In this document: piece by piece, positions 47,961 through 56,778 of the stretch
How positions within the stretch are numbered: the first letter of the stretch is position 1
How the letters are laid out: each line of letters starts with the position of its first letter
IMG/VR virus record: IMGVR_UViG_3300048930_000242
Coordinates: 64,001-128,000 of that record
Origin: a virus
Strand: one strand, 5' to 3'
Length of the DNA stretch: 64,000 nucleotides
Notes under the pieces: generated by a model
What the model was told of the DNA's origin: nothing
The model's input: only the letters and a program-made list of their open reading frames with translations
The model's database searches: none
Program-made: the position numbers and the translations under genes

Positions 47961-48386
47961 TTACTTCGAGACCCATGGACACTCGACGAAGCACAGGTTT
48001 GGACGAGTCACTTTGATCGTCTCTTGAGTTCCATATGGACTGAAGCTCGCGGTCTTCATTGGACCAAACACCGTGTCTAATTCCTTCGCTATTACTGCGA
48101 ATTGCTGTGGGTCATCTTCAAAGATGGTTTCGATTTGGTGACCAGACTGAAGCAGCTGGAGAATCGTCTTGGCCTTGTGCCGGCCGGAGTCTTCACGCGT
48201 TCGCCCTTGGCTTTTGAGTTTCATGTTGAAGTAGATCGGAGGCCAATTCGCCGGCTCGCCGAGAAGATTCTGTAGCTTGTTGTAGACGATTTCGCACTCG
48301 TCGAACCCTCGGCCTGTGATGATCACATCGAAGGCCGTCGGACAAAGTCCGATAGACACCACACCATCAAAGTCAAACACGTTCAT
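47961..48386 (-). CDS. HAD-superfamily phosphatase-like protein
   Basis: FDFDGV, IITGR, K, FEDD. Confidence 0.75.
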   Translation of the reverse strand: MNVFDFDGVVSIGLCPTAFDVIITGRGFDECEIVYNKLQNLLGEPANWPPIYFNMKLKSQGRTREDSGRHKAKTILQLLQSGHQIETIFEDDPQQFAVIAKELDTVFGPMKTASFSPYGTQETIKVTRPNLCFVECPWVSK

Positions 48387-48397
48387 TCATAGTCTCC

Positions 48398-50272
48398 TTA
48401 GGACAACCAAACTTTCCGAGCGTCGGCCGAAGGCCCAAAGGCGATCATCAAGGACTTCTCGGCATCTTCATCTTTCTCGATCTTGGTCCAGCGCGGATTG
48501 CGGATCATCTCGGCGTAATCGGTCTCATTCATCGAACCAAGACCTTTCAGGTAGGTCGCCTTGGCCTTGGCCGGAATCGCCTTCAGAGCCTCCTCATCTT
48601 GGCCGTAGATGAAGCCAACCTTGGTTCCGTCGGTCCATCGGTAAGAAGGCGGCTCCACAGCCCAGAGGTGACCACCGGCAACCAGGTTAGGCCAGAGGCG
48701 CATGAAGAGGTTCACCAGAAGAGCCTTGATCGAGGCACCGTCATGATCGGCGTCGGCCATGATTGCGATTCGTCCGTACTCCAGGTCCTTTGGATCGACT
48801 TCCTCTCCAGGGCGGATCCCGAGCACGGCGGCGATCTCCTTAACCTCCTTGTTCTCGAAGATCTCGTTCAGAGTCATCCCGTGAGCGTTGATGATCTTTC
48901 CGCGGAGCGGAAAGCCACCATGCCGCTGAGGATCACGGACGTTCGAGAGCTGGCCGATTGCCGAGTCGCCTTCTGTCAAGAAGAGGATTCGCTGAGCCGG
49001 ATCAGGATGGTTGGCCGGAAGATGCTTGGCCACTCGGAGTTTCTTCATGTCCTTGCCAAGGCGCTTCACCTCGGCTCGCTCCTTCGCTTCCTTCTTCAGG
49101 ATGAAGGCCTCGACGATCTGGTCGCAGATATGAGACGAGCCGATCATCTTCTTGGCAACAGCCTCTCCGTCGAAGTCCTTGATCAGATGAGTCCAAGAAC
49201 CCGGCGGAGAGCTCAGGTACTCCTTGGTCTGTGACCGGAACTGAGGATCGACCACACCATCGAGCATCACAACGAAACAAGTCTTCGCTCGGATGTCGTT
49301 CGGCTTGATGTCGACCTTGTGTTTCTTGGACAGCTTGGCGGCGACCACATCGATGATCTTGTTGCGGACGTACTCCAGATGAGTGCCGCCTTCGTAGGTG
49401 TCAATTCCGTTCACGAAGCTCAGGTTGATGTTGTCATCCGATGAGAGGATCGCCAGGCGAAGGTTCTCGTACTCGAAGACCAGTGGGTCTGGACCGATTC
49501 CACAAAGAGGACTCGAAGAGATCGCTCCGGCGTACCGCTTGAAGGTTCGGCTCTGGACAACCAGGCCGTCCAACTTGAACGTGATGGCTGGGAAGCATGC
49601 CGCCAGGTCGAAGATTCGACGCCGAATGATCCGGACCGCGGTCTCCACGCTGTCAAGGTCAAAGATCGAACGATCCGGCATATATGAGATCTTGGTGTAT
49701 GGGTCGCCTTTCTTCGGAGACAAGGCGCGCTTCCTCTGGATTCCACGACAAGACTTGAGGCTGTAGAAAAGCTCGCCGTCCTCGATCTCTGCCTGGAAGT
49801 CCTCGGACAAGATGTTGACCAATGTAACGCCAAGGCCGTGAGTTCCGATAGAGACCGCACGGTCGGCATCGAAGTTGCTGCCGGCTCGGAGGTGCTGAAG
49901 AGCCAGGTCGGCCATCAGATGCTCTGAGTCCTTGGCCTTCCGCAATGGAATGCCGCGGCCATTGTCCCGAACGGTGAACCGGTAGTTGCCGAAGTCCTTC
50001 TCGGTGTTTACCCAGATGGTAAAGGTTCCGCCTTTGGCCGACTTATGGCCAAGTCGATAGGACTCATCGATGGCATTCGAGACAACCTCGTCGAAGAGCT
50101 TCACCAGCGCCGGCGAGTACGAAACCTCTTCCCACTTCAGCTCCGGAAGGTTCTTGCTCTCGTCCAAGACCCAACAGGTCTTCACCTGCGGCGCAACTGC
50201 GCCGACATACATTGAACTACGTAACCTGACATGTTCAATATCAGTTAATGCTACAATGTTATTGTCGTTCAT
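48398..50272 (-). CDS. gp39: DNA topoisomerase II large subunit (fused gp39+60 type)
   Basis: EHV.LR..MY.G, E...NA.DE, DNGRGIP, G.HG.G, TEGDSA, PLRGK, DAD.DG, KGLG. Confidence 0.96.
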   Translation of the reverse strand: MNDNNIVALTDIEHVRLRSSMYVGAVAPQVKTCWVLDESKNLPELKWEEVSYSPALVKLFDEVVSNAIDESYRLGHKSAKGGTFTIWVNTEKDFGNYRFTVRDNGRGIPLRKAKDSEHLMADLALQHLRAGSNFDADRAVSIGTHGLGVTLVNILSEDFQAEIEDGELFYSLKSCRGIQRKRALSPKKGDPYTKISYMPDRSIFDLDSVETAVRIIRRRIFDLAACFPAITFKLDGLVVQSRTFKRYAGAISSSPLCGIGPDPLVFEYENLRLAILSSDDNINLSFVNGIDTYEGGTHLEYVRNKIIDVVAAKLSKKHKVDIKPNDIRAKTCFVVMLDGVVDPQFRSQTKEYLSSPPGSWTHLIKDFDGEAVAKKMIGSSHICDQIVEAFILKKEAKERAEVKRLGKDMKKLRVAKHLPANHPDPAQRILFLTEGDSAIGQLSNVRDPQRHGGFPLRGKIINAHGMTLNEIFENKEVKEIAAVLGIRPGEEVDPKDLEYGRIAIMADADHDGASIKALLVNLFMRLWPNLVAGGHLWAVEPPSYRWTDGTKVGFIYGQDEEALKAIPAKAKATYLKGLGSMNETDYAEMIRNPRWTKIEKDEDAEKSLMIAFGPSADARKVWLS

Positions 50273-51014
50273 TCATTTTCCTGATTGTTGTTCTGACGCA
50301 TCTTTTCCTAATTTCACTATAGCCTTTTTGATTCATATAGGTTTCTAATTCATCATTTTGCAGCTTTGAGATTTTCTCATAATGAACTTTACTGGCTTTA
50401 TTTTTGAATATATGCGGTCTTTCTTTTGAATCGCCTGTGAAAGATTTCGGAAGATTGATTCTACCGGCTGTCCATCCTGGCTGAATGTTGTTTGGTTTCA
50501 CTCTAGAATTTTTGATTCCATTGTTCACCCATACTAGCCCAGTTGTTGGACATCTAATTCTACCTAATTCCCATCCATTTGGAATTTCAATTCTATCGGT
50601 TGGCCAAGTGATTTCAGTAATTTGATTGTTTATCCATTTCCAACCGCATACCGAAGAATCGCCATTTATTTTCCTAAATCCAGATCCAGAAGTTCCATTT
50701 AAGAATTTCTTATTCTTTCCGGCCATAACTTTTCTTAGAAATCTATGTTCCCAATTGAAGCATTTCATCGGTTGGGTGTAGAATCTTTCTCTAATTTGGT
50801 ATGAGAAAGATTCTACACCATCTTGGTGGATCAAGGCCTTAACGACATTTGAAGATGTGAAATATGTCACAAACAAATCTAATTCTGGTTCAACTGTTGA
50901 CAATCTTGCTCCATAATATAGCAGGCCACTCTTGTGTCTTAAAAGATAGCAATATCCAATCATTGAAGCCTCCAATGTACATGATGCTATACTATGTATA
51001 TTGGAGAATGCCAA
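50259..51014 (-). mobile_element. Free-standing GIY-YIG-like homing endonuclease with W(I/V)NN repeats
   Basis: YCY...YYG.R, YFTSS, E..FL..V, LN; AT-rich compared with neighbours. Confidence 0.75.
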
Positions 51015-51056
51015 TATGTAAATTAGACGAGCATCTCTCCTACTTCCTAAGGTTGT

Positions 51057-51085
51057 ATCTTACCACACTTCGACGGCCTTGTACA
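51057..51085 (-). promoter_or_regulatory. Early promoter copy
   Basis: TGTACA-N17-TAAGAT. Confidence 0.7.
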
Positions 51086-51133
51086 GCTTTATTTTGGTGG
51101 AGTCTGGTGGGCTGACAGACTGGCCACTAGAAA

Positions 51134-51152
51134 GAATTCACCTAGATCACCC
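51134..51152 (-). repeat. Inverted third copy of GGGTGATCTAGGTGAATTC
   Basis: 19/19 match to the 22873 and 24073 copies. Confidence 0.85.
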
Positions 51153-51186
51153 GTTGTGTCTCTAAGTGACTGATCTTCAGCAAAAG

Positions 51187-51206
51187 AAAAGGGGCCTTGC
51201 GGCCCC
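51187..51206 (-). terminator. Rho-independent terminator
   Basis: GGGGCC-GCAA-GGCCCC-TTTTCTTTT. Confidence 0.85.
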
Positions 51207-51230
51207 TCTCTTGTTTATACAGCTAGACCA

Positions 51231-51770
51231 TCATTCCCAGACTTCGGACTTCGCGGTCACCGAGGTCTTGATGGTGAACACCGAGAACTTGGTGCCTGGG
51301 TACTCCTTGGCCAGACGAAGAGCTTCGACCTTGCCGGAATGAAGGCTCGTGTGGACCTTCGGAGAACTCGAGAAGACCGGAGCGCCGTTCACGATCTTGG
51401 CGATCACGCAGAACTCAATCGGTTGGGCGGAGCACGGCTTGACTTCTACAGTCGCCGGAGCCGAGTTTCCGAACTTCCAGGCGTTCGGATTGCGAACCGC
51501 GAAGCTTTCTCGGTTTCGCTTCAGGATGCTCTCATGGTAGGTGAGGCGGCAGCCACTGTGGGTTGGTTCGAATGAGAAATAACGTCCACTGACGGTCTTG
51601 GTCCCACGGAGCTGGGCCAAATAGGCCACACCGCCGCCGGCGAAACTCACCAAGACCTTTGGTCCAAGAGACGAAATCTTGGAGAAGAGCAGGCCAGTCT
51701 CGGAAATGAAATAAGAGCCGCGGCGCACGGAACTCAAAACCAAAGCAAGATCAATCACGTTCATCTTCAC
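51231..51770 (-). CDS. Hypothetical protein (C-terminal P.VH....A..EA.RLA..PG)
   Basis: GAGGAG RBS; motif. Confidence 0.7.
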   Translation of the reverse strand: MKMNVIDLALVLSSVRRGSYFISETGLLFSKISSLGPKVLVSFAGGGVAYLAQLRGTKTVSGRYFSFEPTHSGCRLTYHESILKRNRESFAVRNPNAWKFGNSAPATVEVKPCSAQPIEFCVIAKIVNGAPVFSSSPKVHTSLHSGKVEALRLAKEYPGTKFSVFTIKTSVTAKSEVWE

Positions 51771-51784
51771 AGCTCCTCATAGTT

Positions 51785-52145
51785 AGACATCGTAAGAATT
51801 CTTGTCGGATTTTCTTCCCGCTTTGCGCAGGCTAGTGGATGGCTACGAGACTGGTCGATCCGACAACCTCCAGCCAAGAAGGGTTCCTTTTGGTAAGAAC
51901 CTCTATCTTAAGACCCTCTCTGTTCCGGTGGTAGCTAACCAACACAGTGGTAGAGAAAACCAACAGAGCGTTAACGATTGCTGCAAAACGAGTGGACACA
52001 TACCACTACACGCCGGCTAGTTTGAATTGTTAGCCGGGCCAATGTCTCCAAGATGCCACTCTCGGAGATGTTCCTCAATTTGCGCCGTTCGCGGACTTGC
52101 AAATCCCAACGGCTTTCATTGGCTCTTAACCGTCTAGCTATGTCT
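51785..52145 (-). ncRNA. Unassigned ~360-nt structured RNA
   Basis: No credible ORF; paired termini and eight or more hairpins. Confidence 0.65.
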
Positions 52146-52172
52146 TGCAAAACACAACTAGAATGAACTTTC

Positions 52173-52259
52173 TGGCGGAAAGCAGAGGTCCCGATCCCCA
52201 GCCCTTTCGGACCCATTCGCTTTCGAGGCGATGCCGACTCCCTGGTCGGTTTACTTTCC
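52173..52259 (-). tRNA. tRNA-Ser(CGA), 8/4 fold
   Basis: GGAAAGTA/TGCTTTCC-G-CCA, long V arm. Confidence 0.9.
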
Positions 52260-52263
52260 ATGT

Positions 52264-52338
52264 TGGTCGCGCTGGGCGGACTCGAACCGCCTACTTCGGC
52301 TTATGAGGCCGGTGTGTTTCCCGTTAAACCACAGCGCA
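52264..52338 (-). tRNA. tRNA-Met-type (CAT)
   Basis: CTCATAA loop, CCA; T1:G72. Confidence 0.85.
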
Positions 52339-52346
52339 TCAATTTT

Positions 52347-52414
52347 CGACTGGTCCCAGGTTCGACCTGGATCTCCTCTTAGAGGGAGGCGACTTTGCCT
52401 TAGTCCAACCAGTC
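52347..52414 (-). tRNA. Atypical tRNA-like element (anticodon TCT or CTA, no CCA)
   Basis: GACTGGT/ACCAGTC acceptor, GACT/AGTC D stem, GTCGAAC T loop. Confidence 0.6.
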
Positions 52415-52529
52415 TTGCGCACTCCGCTCCTAGCTAGGTCGCGATCTTAGCGTACGTTGGAGTGTCTACGTACGAGCATCTGGCTTTGGTGATGCCGCAA
52501 CGGACCAGCCAGAGAATCCGTCTTGGATC

Positions 52530-52829
52530 TTATGCAGCCGCCTTCAACTTGGCGATTCCGAGCAACTGCCCAGCGTACTTCACCATTGCCTTCCTAGCGA
52601 CCGCGAGCTGCTTCGGAGTCAAGAAGCCACGAGCCTTAAGCTGCTTCGAGAAGCTCGAAAGGATCGGAGCATCGACACCGTTGAAGCCAACACCGTTGTT
52701 CTTGTTGGTCGACTCGGACGCTTGTTCGTCCTGAGTCTGGTAGTCGAAGATTGCCAGAAGACCGCGGTACAGCCACCGGTCGGAGGCGATCAACTTCTCA
52801 ACAATGAACTCTTTCGTCAAGGTCGTCAT
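52530..52829 (-). CDS. Hypothetical protein (QT.DE....T...NGVGF...DA family)
   Basis: Motif and codon bias. Confidence 0.75.
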   Translation of the reverse strand: MTTLTKEFIVEKLIASDRWLYRGLLAIFDYQTQDEQASESTNKNNGVGFNGVDAPILSSFSKQLKARGFLTPKQLAVARKAMVKYAGQLLGIAKLKAAA

Positions 52830-53075
52830 GGCTTCAGCCCTTGTTCTTGCGGATGGCGGATTCGATCACCGACTTCATCGAGCGGCATTTCCATTCCGGG
52901 ATCATCGCCCAGACCATGCCTTTCTTCGTGTTGCGCTCGACCTTGTACATGACGCATTCGAAACCACTTCCGTCGACGTAGTTCTGGCGGCAATAACGAG
53001 TTCCGCTGATCTCAACGATCGTTTCGGTCTGGTTCGGCTTTGTCATCATGATCTTCATCTCCAGTTGTTAGAATG

Positions 53076-53120
53076 ATTCTAACACAACGGAGAGGCCTTG
53101 TCCAGCACTGAATTGTAAAC
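53076..53120 (-). promoter_or_regulatory. Early promoter copy (consensus)
   Basis: GTTTACAATTCAGTGC-TGGACA-N17-TAGAAT. Confidence 0.85.
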
Positions 53121-53309
53121 TTTACTGCAGAGAAGGATCATCGTAGTCGAAGACGTTGATGAACCGATCCTTGTCTGGGAAGAGTCGATGCTCTTCCTTG
53201 AACGGAACGAAAAACATGTAGAAGGCATAGACGGCGTAGCCGATGAACACAAAGAGCATCAATGCCGACATCACGATCGTATCGAGGTACATTTCTCATC
53301 TCCGTAGAT

Positions 53310-53386
53310 TGGAGCTCGAGACGGGAATCGAACCCGCATCTTCCTGGCTGAGAACCAGGCATCCTAAGCCTTTAGACGACTCGAGC
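53310..53386 (-). tRNA. tRNA-Glu(CTC)
   Basis: CCTGG-TTCTCAG-CCAGG, CCA. Confidence 0.9.
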
Positions 53387-53391
53387 GTTTC

Positions 53392-53464
53392 GGCGGTCTT
53401 CCGGATTCGAACCGGAGTCTCTGCTACCAAAGAGCAGTATCCTAAGCCTCTAGACGAAGCCCGC
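53392..53464 (-). tRNA. tRNA with TTG (Gln) anticodon on a Glu-like body, no CCA
   Basis: CTGCT-CTTTGGT-AGCAG; D arm almost identical to the adjacent Glu tRNA. Confidence 0.7.
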
Positions 53465-53475
53465 ACAGTAAAACT

Positions 53476-53549
53476 TGGTGGCCCTGTCAGGAATCGAACC
53501 TGCGTCTCCACCTTATCAGGGTGGAGCTCTACCATTGAGCTACAGGGCC
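53476..53549 (-). tRNA. tRNA-Ile(GAT)
   Basis: Canonical cloverleaf, CCA. Confidence 0.95.
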
Positions 53550-53840
53550 TTACTTTCTCATGTACTTAGCAAACAATTCGATGGTTCGCTGAGAGTGGAT
53601 ATGCCGACCGGACTCTTCATCCCAGACCTTTCGCCACTCATCTTTCGCCCACCAACTCTTCCCATCTTTTGGACCACCCCAAGGGTTTCCGAACTTCTTC
53701 GGTTGCGGCATGTCTTCCTTTCCGATCAGAAGGAGCATCCTGACGAGCCTACGCTCTCTTCTGTGCTCAAACGCCTTGTACAACTTCTCTGATCCGCTAG
53801 CATTCCCAAAGATCGGGGTCTTCTTTCTTGATCTGCTCAT
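53550..53840 (-). CDS. Hypothetical protein (MSRS.KKTP family)
   Basis: Motif. Confidence 0.65.
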   Translation of the reverse strand: MSRSRKKTPIFGNASGSEKLYKAFEHRRERRLVRMLLLIGKEDMPQPKKFGNPWGGPKDGKSWWAKDEWRKVWDEESGRHIHSQRTIELFAKYMRK

Positions 53841-54332
53841 GTGTCACCATAGGTTAGGGTACCTACATGACTTTCACCTGAGTCTTCTTGACCTGTTCTT
53901 GGAGGTCGCGAAGCTCAGCAGCGAGCTTCGCGCGTTCGTTGTAGTCTTTCGGAGAAGCGTATGGGTCAAGATTGGCCAACTCAACACGGATCTCATCCAT
54001 GCGAGCCTTCACTTTCTGAATCCTCTTGAACTCCAACAGCGTGTTCACATTGCTTCTCCGTTATGACTCCCTCGCCAAGGAGGTGAGTCGAAATGTCTTG
54101 ATCGGTCGACCTGGAAGGTCCATCTTAACCTTGGCATGCATCGTTCCACCGTGAGGCTTCTGTCGCTGATGGTCCCATTCTTGATCTTGAGGAGTCTTGA
54201 AGACCTCAAGAACAACTCCGGTCATGCCAGCCTTTGCGTAGTTGGCGTCCTCGTTACGAGAAATGTCTCGGAGGACAGACACAACATCTTTCGGTCGAAT
54301 TCCGGGATGACTCATGATCAACTCCTTCAAAA

Positions 54333-54421
54333 TGGCGGAAGCAGGACGTCTCGATCGCCATACCCTTTCAGGTACCCAACGCTTTCCAGGCGTGGCCGAC
54401 TCCCCGGTCGGTTCAGCTTCC
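54333..54421 (-). tRNA. tRNA-Ser(GGA), 8/4 fold
   Basis: GGAAGCTG/CTGCTTCC-G-CCA, GGCG-ATCGAGA-CGTC. Confidence 0.88.
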
Positions 54422-54699
54422 TTACTATATCTTTCCAAGCGCTTCCATCAGTGCGGATTCGTTCTTGTAGACTTCGGAGCCGGTTCGGCTGCTGCGCACC
54501 AGAATAAAGTTTCGATTGAAGACCTGGACAGTGCAATCAAGAGTTCGTGCTCGCCCAAAGGTCACGCATTCATACTTCCTTCCAGCAGTCGACTTTCCGG
54601 TTCCGCGGATCACACCATACGGAGCAGACAAAGTCGTGTTGCTCTTCGCCCATTCTTCAACTGCGTCGGCAATCCGGCAACTCTCGGACATCGCCATGA

Positions 54700-55056
54700 T
54701 CAGATCTCCTCTTTGAAGCCGATCGGAGCAACTCGCCACCAGCCGATGTTTCCACCGTTCGCGGCAATCAAGTGAATCCAATCGCCAACCATCATGCTTC
54801 GGTGTCCAAGAACGTCTCCCCAGAAGTCCTTCACCAACGGTTCAATGACATCGATCGCCTCATTGAAGTCTGGGTTGCGTTCACCGTTCTCGAAGAACTC
54901 TCCCTTGCTCCAAGAGCCTTGGATGTTCTGAGTCACTCGGTAGACATACTCAAGAGCATCTTCGATTCCGTGGTCTCCACCGAGGTCAACCACAGCCATC
55001 ATAGTAGTAGTCGGCACTCCACCTTCCAGGTCGGCAAAGAAGACTTCAGCTTTCAT
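54700..55056 (-). CDS. Hypothetical protein (RS..VGD family)
   Basis: LE...TQN, HRSMMVGD, GF. Confidence 0.7.
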   Translation of the reverse strand: MKAEVFFADLEGGVPTTTMMAVVDLGGDHGIEDALEYVYRVTQNIQGSWSKGEFFENGERNPDFNEAIDVIEPLVKDFWGDVLGHRSMMVGDWIHLIAANGGNIGWWRVAPIGFKEEI

Positions 55057-55080
55057 GATCTACTCCTTGAATGTGAGATC

Positions 55081-55123
55081 ATTCTAACCTAACTCCGGAG
55101 CTTTGTCCAGCTCCGGAGTGTAA
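55081..55123 (-). promoter_or_regulatory. Early promoter with overlapping stem-loop
   Basis: TGGACA-N17-TAGAAT; ACTCCGGAGC/GCTCCGGAGT. Confidence 0.75.
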
Positions 55124-55130
55124 CTCTTCG

Positions 55131-55538
55131 TTACGCCGCCTTCACAGCGGTCTTGATGCTCAGCTCCGGAGCCTTGAAGGTCTTACCGGTCTTCACGTCC
55201 TGGATGATGAACGGACGAGCGTAGCAGCGAGCATTGTAGCCGATGACCTTGTAGCCGCGGCCACCCATCATGAAGGTCTCGTTGACAGTGTCCTTGGTCA
55301 GATTGCCGAAGGAAGTGTACTGAAGCATCTTCTTCAGCGAGACCGACTCACGAGTGACCACTTCTCCGGTGGAGGCGATTGGGCAGAGATCGATACCGAT
55401 CTGAGCCGTGCCGGTGAAGCTATTGTAGCGGAACTTCTTCACCGAGAACTGGACGCCGAACTTCGTACCAACGGTCATCAGAGCGGCCTGGATGGCTTCG
55501 TCGATGGCTTTGGCTTGGGTGGCGGTCATTGCGGTCAT
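55131..55538 (-). CDS. Hypothetical protein
   Basis: Strong codon bias; own promoter. Confidence 0.75.
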   Translation of the reverse strand: MTAMTATQAKAIDEAIQAALMTVGTKFGVQFSVKKFRYNSFTGTAQIGIDLCPIASTGEVVTRESVSLKKMLQYTSFGNLTKDTVNETFMMGGRGYKVIGYNARCYARPFIIQDVKTGKTFKAPELSIKTAVKAA

Positions 55539-55574
55539 GATGTTCTTCCTTACTGGTTGATTGACTGTAGGTGT

Positions 55575-55619
55575 ATAGTACAACATCCTAAGCGTCTTGT
55601 CCAGCACTGAATTGTAAAC
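55575..55619 (-). promoter_or_regulatory. Early promoter copy
   Basis: GTTTACAATTCAGTGC-TGGACA-N17-TACTAT. Confidence 0.8.
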
Positions 55620-55702
55620 AATGTGCATCTTCCGGAGGGCAATCTAGGTGAAATCTGAGAGACTTCGCCGATCCAACTACTGGAACATGCTTCTAAATTC
55701 GC

Positions 55703-55770
55703 CAGAGTCATGGGATTCGAACCCAACCTGCCGCTCAACGCGGAGTGCCAACCAAATACACCTCACTCTG
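55703..55770 (-). tRNA. Degenerate tRNA-like element
   Basis: GGTTCGAATCCC T arm, CAGAGT/ACTCTG acceptor, shrunken anticodon loop, no CCA. Confidence 0.55.
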
Positions 55771-55839
55771 ACTCAACACCCGAGGTTCATGAGGCCTCGT
55801 GTCGGGCGATACCGTCGACTGTATGCCCAGTTGTGTTCT

Positions 55840-55915
55840 TGGCGCGCCTGGAGAGACTTGAACTCCCAACCTTCTCCTTAGGACGGAGCGGCTCTATCCG
55901 TTGAGCTACAGGCGC
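55840..55915 (-). tRNA. tRNA-Arg(CCT)
   Basis: Cloverleaf, A20, CCA. Confidence 0.92.
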
Positions 55916-55921
55916 ATATTT

Positions 55922-55996
55922 TGGAGGTCAGGGTGGGAGTCGAACCCACCTACAACGGGTTTGCAATCCGAGGCATAGCCGCTCTGCCACCTGACC
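55922..55996 (-). tRNA. tRNA-Cys(GCA)
   Basis: TTGCAAA loop, U73, CCA. Confidence 0.92.
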
Positions 55997-56004
55997 GGAA
56001 ATTC

Positions 56005-56380
56005 TTGCACCGTATCGGCGGTGCCACCCGGATAGACTTGGTCAGCCAACGTCTATCAGATCAGCCTCAAGCAGCCATAGCTACCGGAGCAAAGTACTCG
56101 TCATTTGCGGTTACTTTAGGTTTGGACTCTTTAGGACGGACTTGCCGACTTAAGCAAGCTACCCGATCCACGCGAGCTACCATCTCGGATCGCCAACAGG
56201 TTAGTATGACATCAGTCGAAGCCAGGGCAGGCCCATCAAAAGCTCTTTAGGTGGCTCCGGGTCTTGATACGGAGCACTTACATCCCCTTTCGTACCTAAA
56301 GGGCTTATGGTGGACCTGGCGGGAATCGAACCCGCGTGTTGCTGCCTTTTCGCTGTCAGTTTACGATCATTCAAGCCCTA
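56005..56380 (-). ncRNA. ssrA: Two-piece (circularly permuted) tmRNA
   Basis: Acceptor piece ends CAGGTCC-A-CCA at 56308; coding piece starts GGGCCTG at 56234 (G3:U70); tag ANDEYFAPVAMAA at 56108-56067; outer ends approximate. Confidence 0.92.
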
Positions 56381-56725
56381 ATCGCGCGAACGACTTCGGG
56401 AATCCGTTACGTGTTCAACAAGTGGAGCATCGGAAGGTTATTGATTCGGCGCTTATCATCGTAGCACGGCTCGAACACAAAGGCAACAACCTCTCCATGT
56501 TCTACGATGTCGCGGTCTTCGGCATGAAAGTACCGAACCTTGTGGTGCTTGCCTTGGATCTCAAGGCCGGTGTCGTAGGCGTCGTCATAAAGTCGACCGA
56601 TGTTCCGCTCCGCCATCGACATCTCACCGATCAACAGATTGGAAGCCTTGTAGAAGGTGAACATCGAAATCGGCATGGTCTTCATAGCGAGCTTTGCCAT
56701 TTCTGTATCTCCAGTTGGTAGAACC

Positions 56726-56770
56726 ATTCTACCAACTTCCGACCCTCATGTCCAGCACTGAATTGTAAAC
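56726..56770 (-). promoter_or_regulatory. Early promoter copy
   Basis: GTTTACAATTCAGTGC-TGGACA-N17-TAGAAT. Confidence 0.85.
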
Positions 56771-56778
56771 TTTAGTCC

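Noticed and set aside
45995-50272. Intron, intein or gene 60-type ribosomal bypass in topoisomerase
   Set aside because: Both subunits are continuous and of normal length; gp39 and gp60 are simply fused
51785-52145. RNase P RNA call
   Set aside because: Canonical P4 motifs not found; left unassigned
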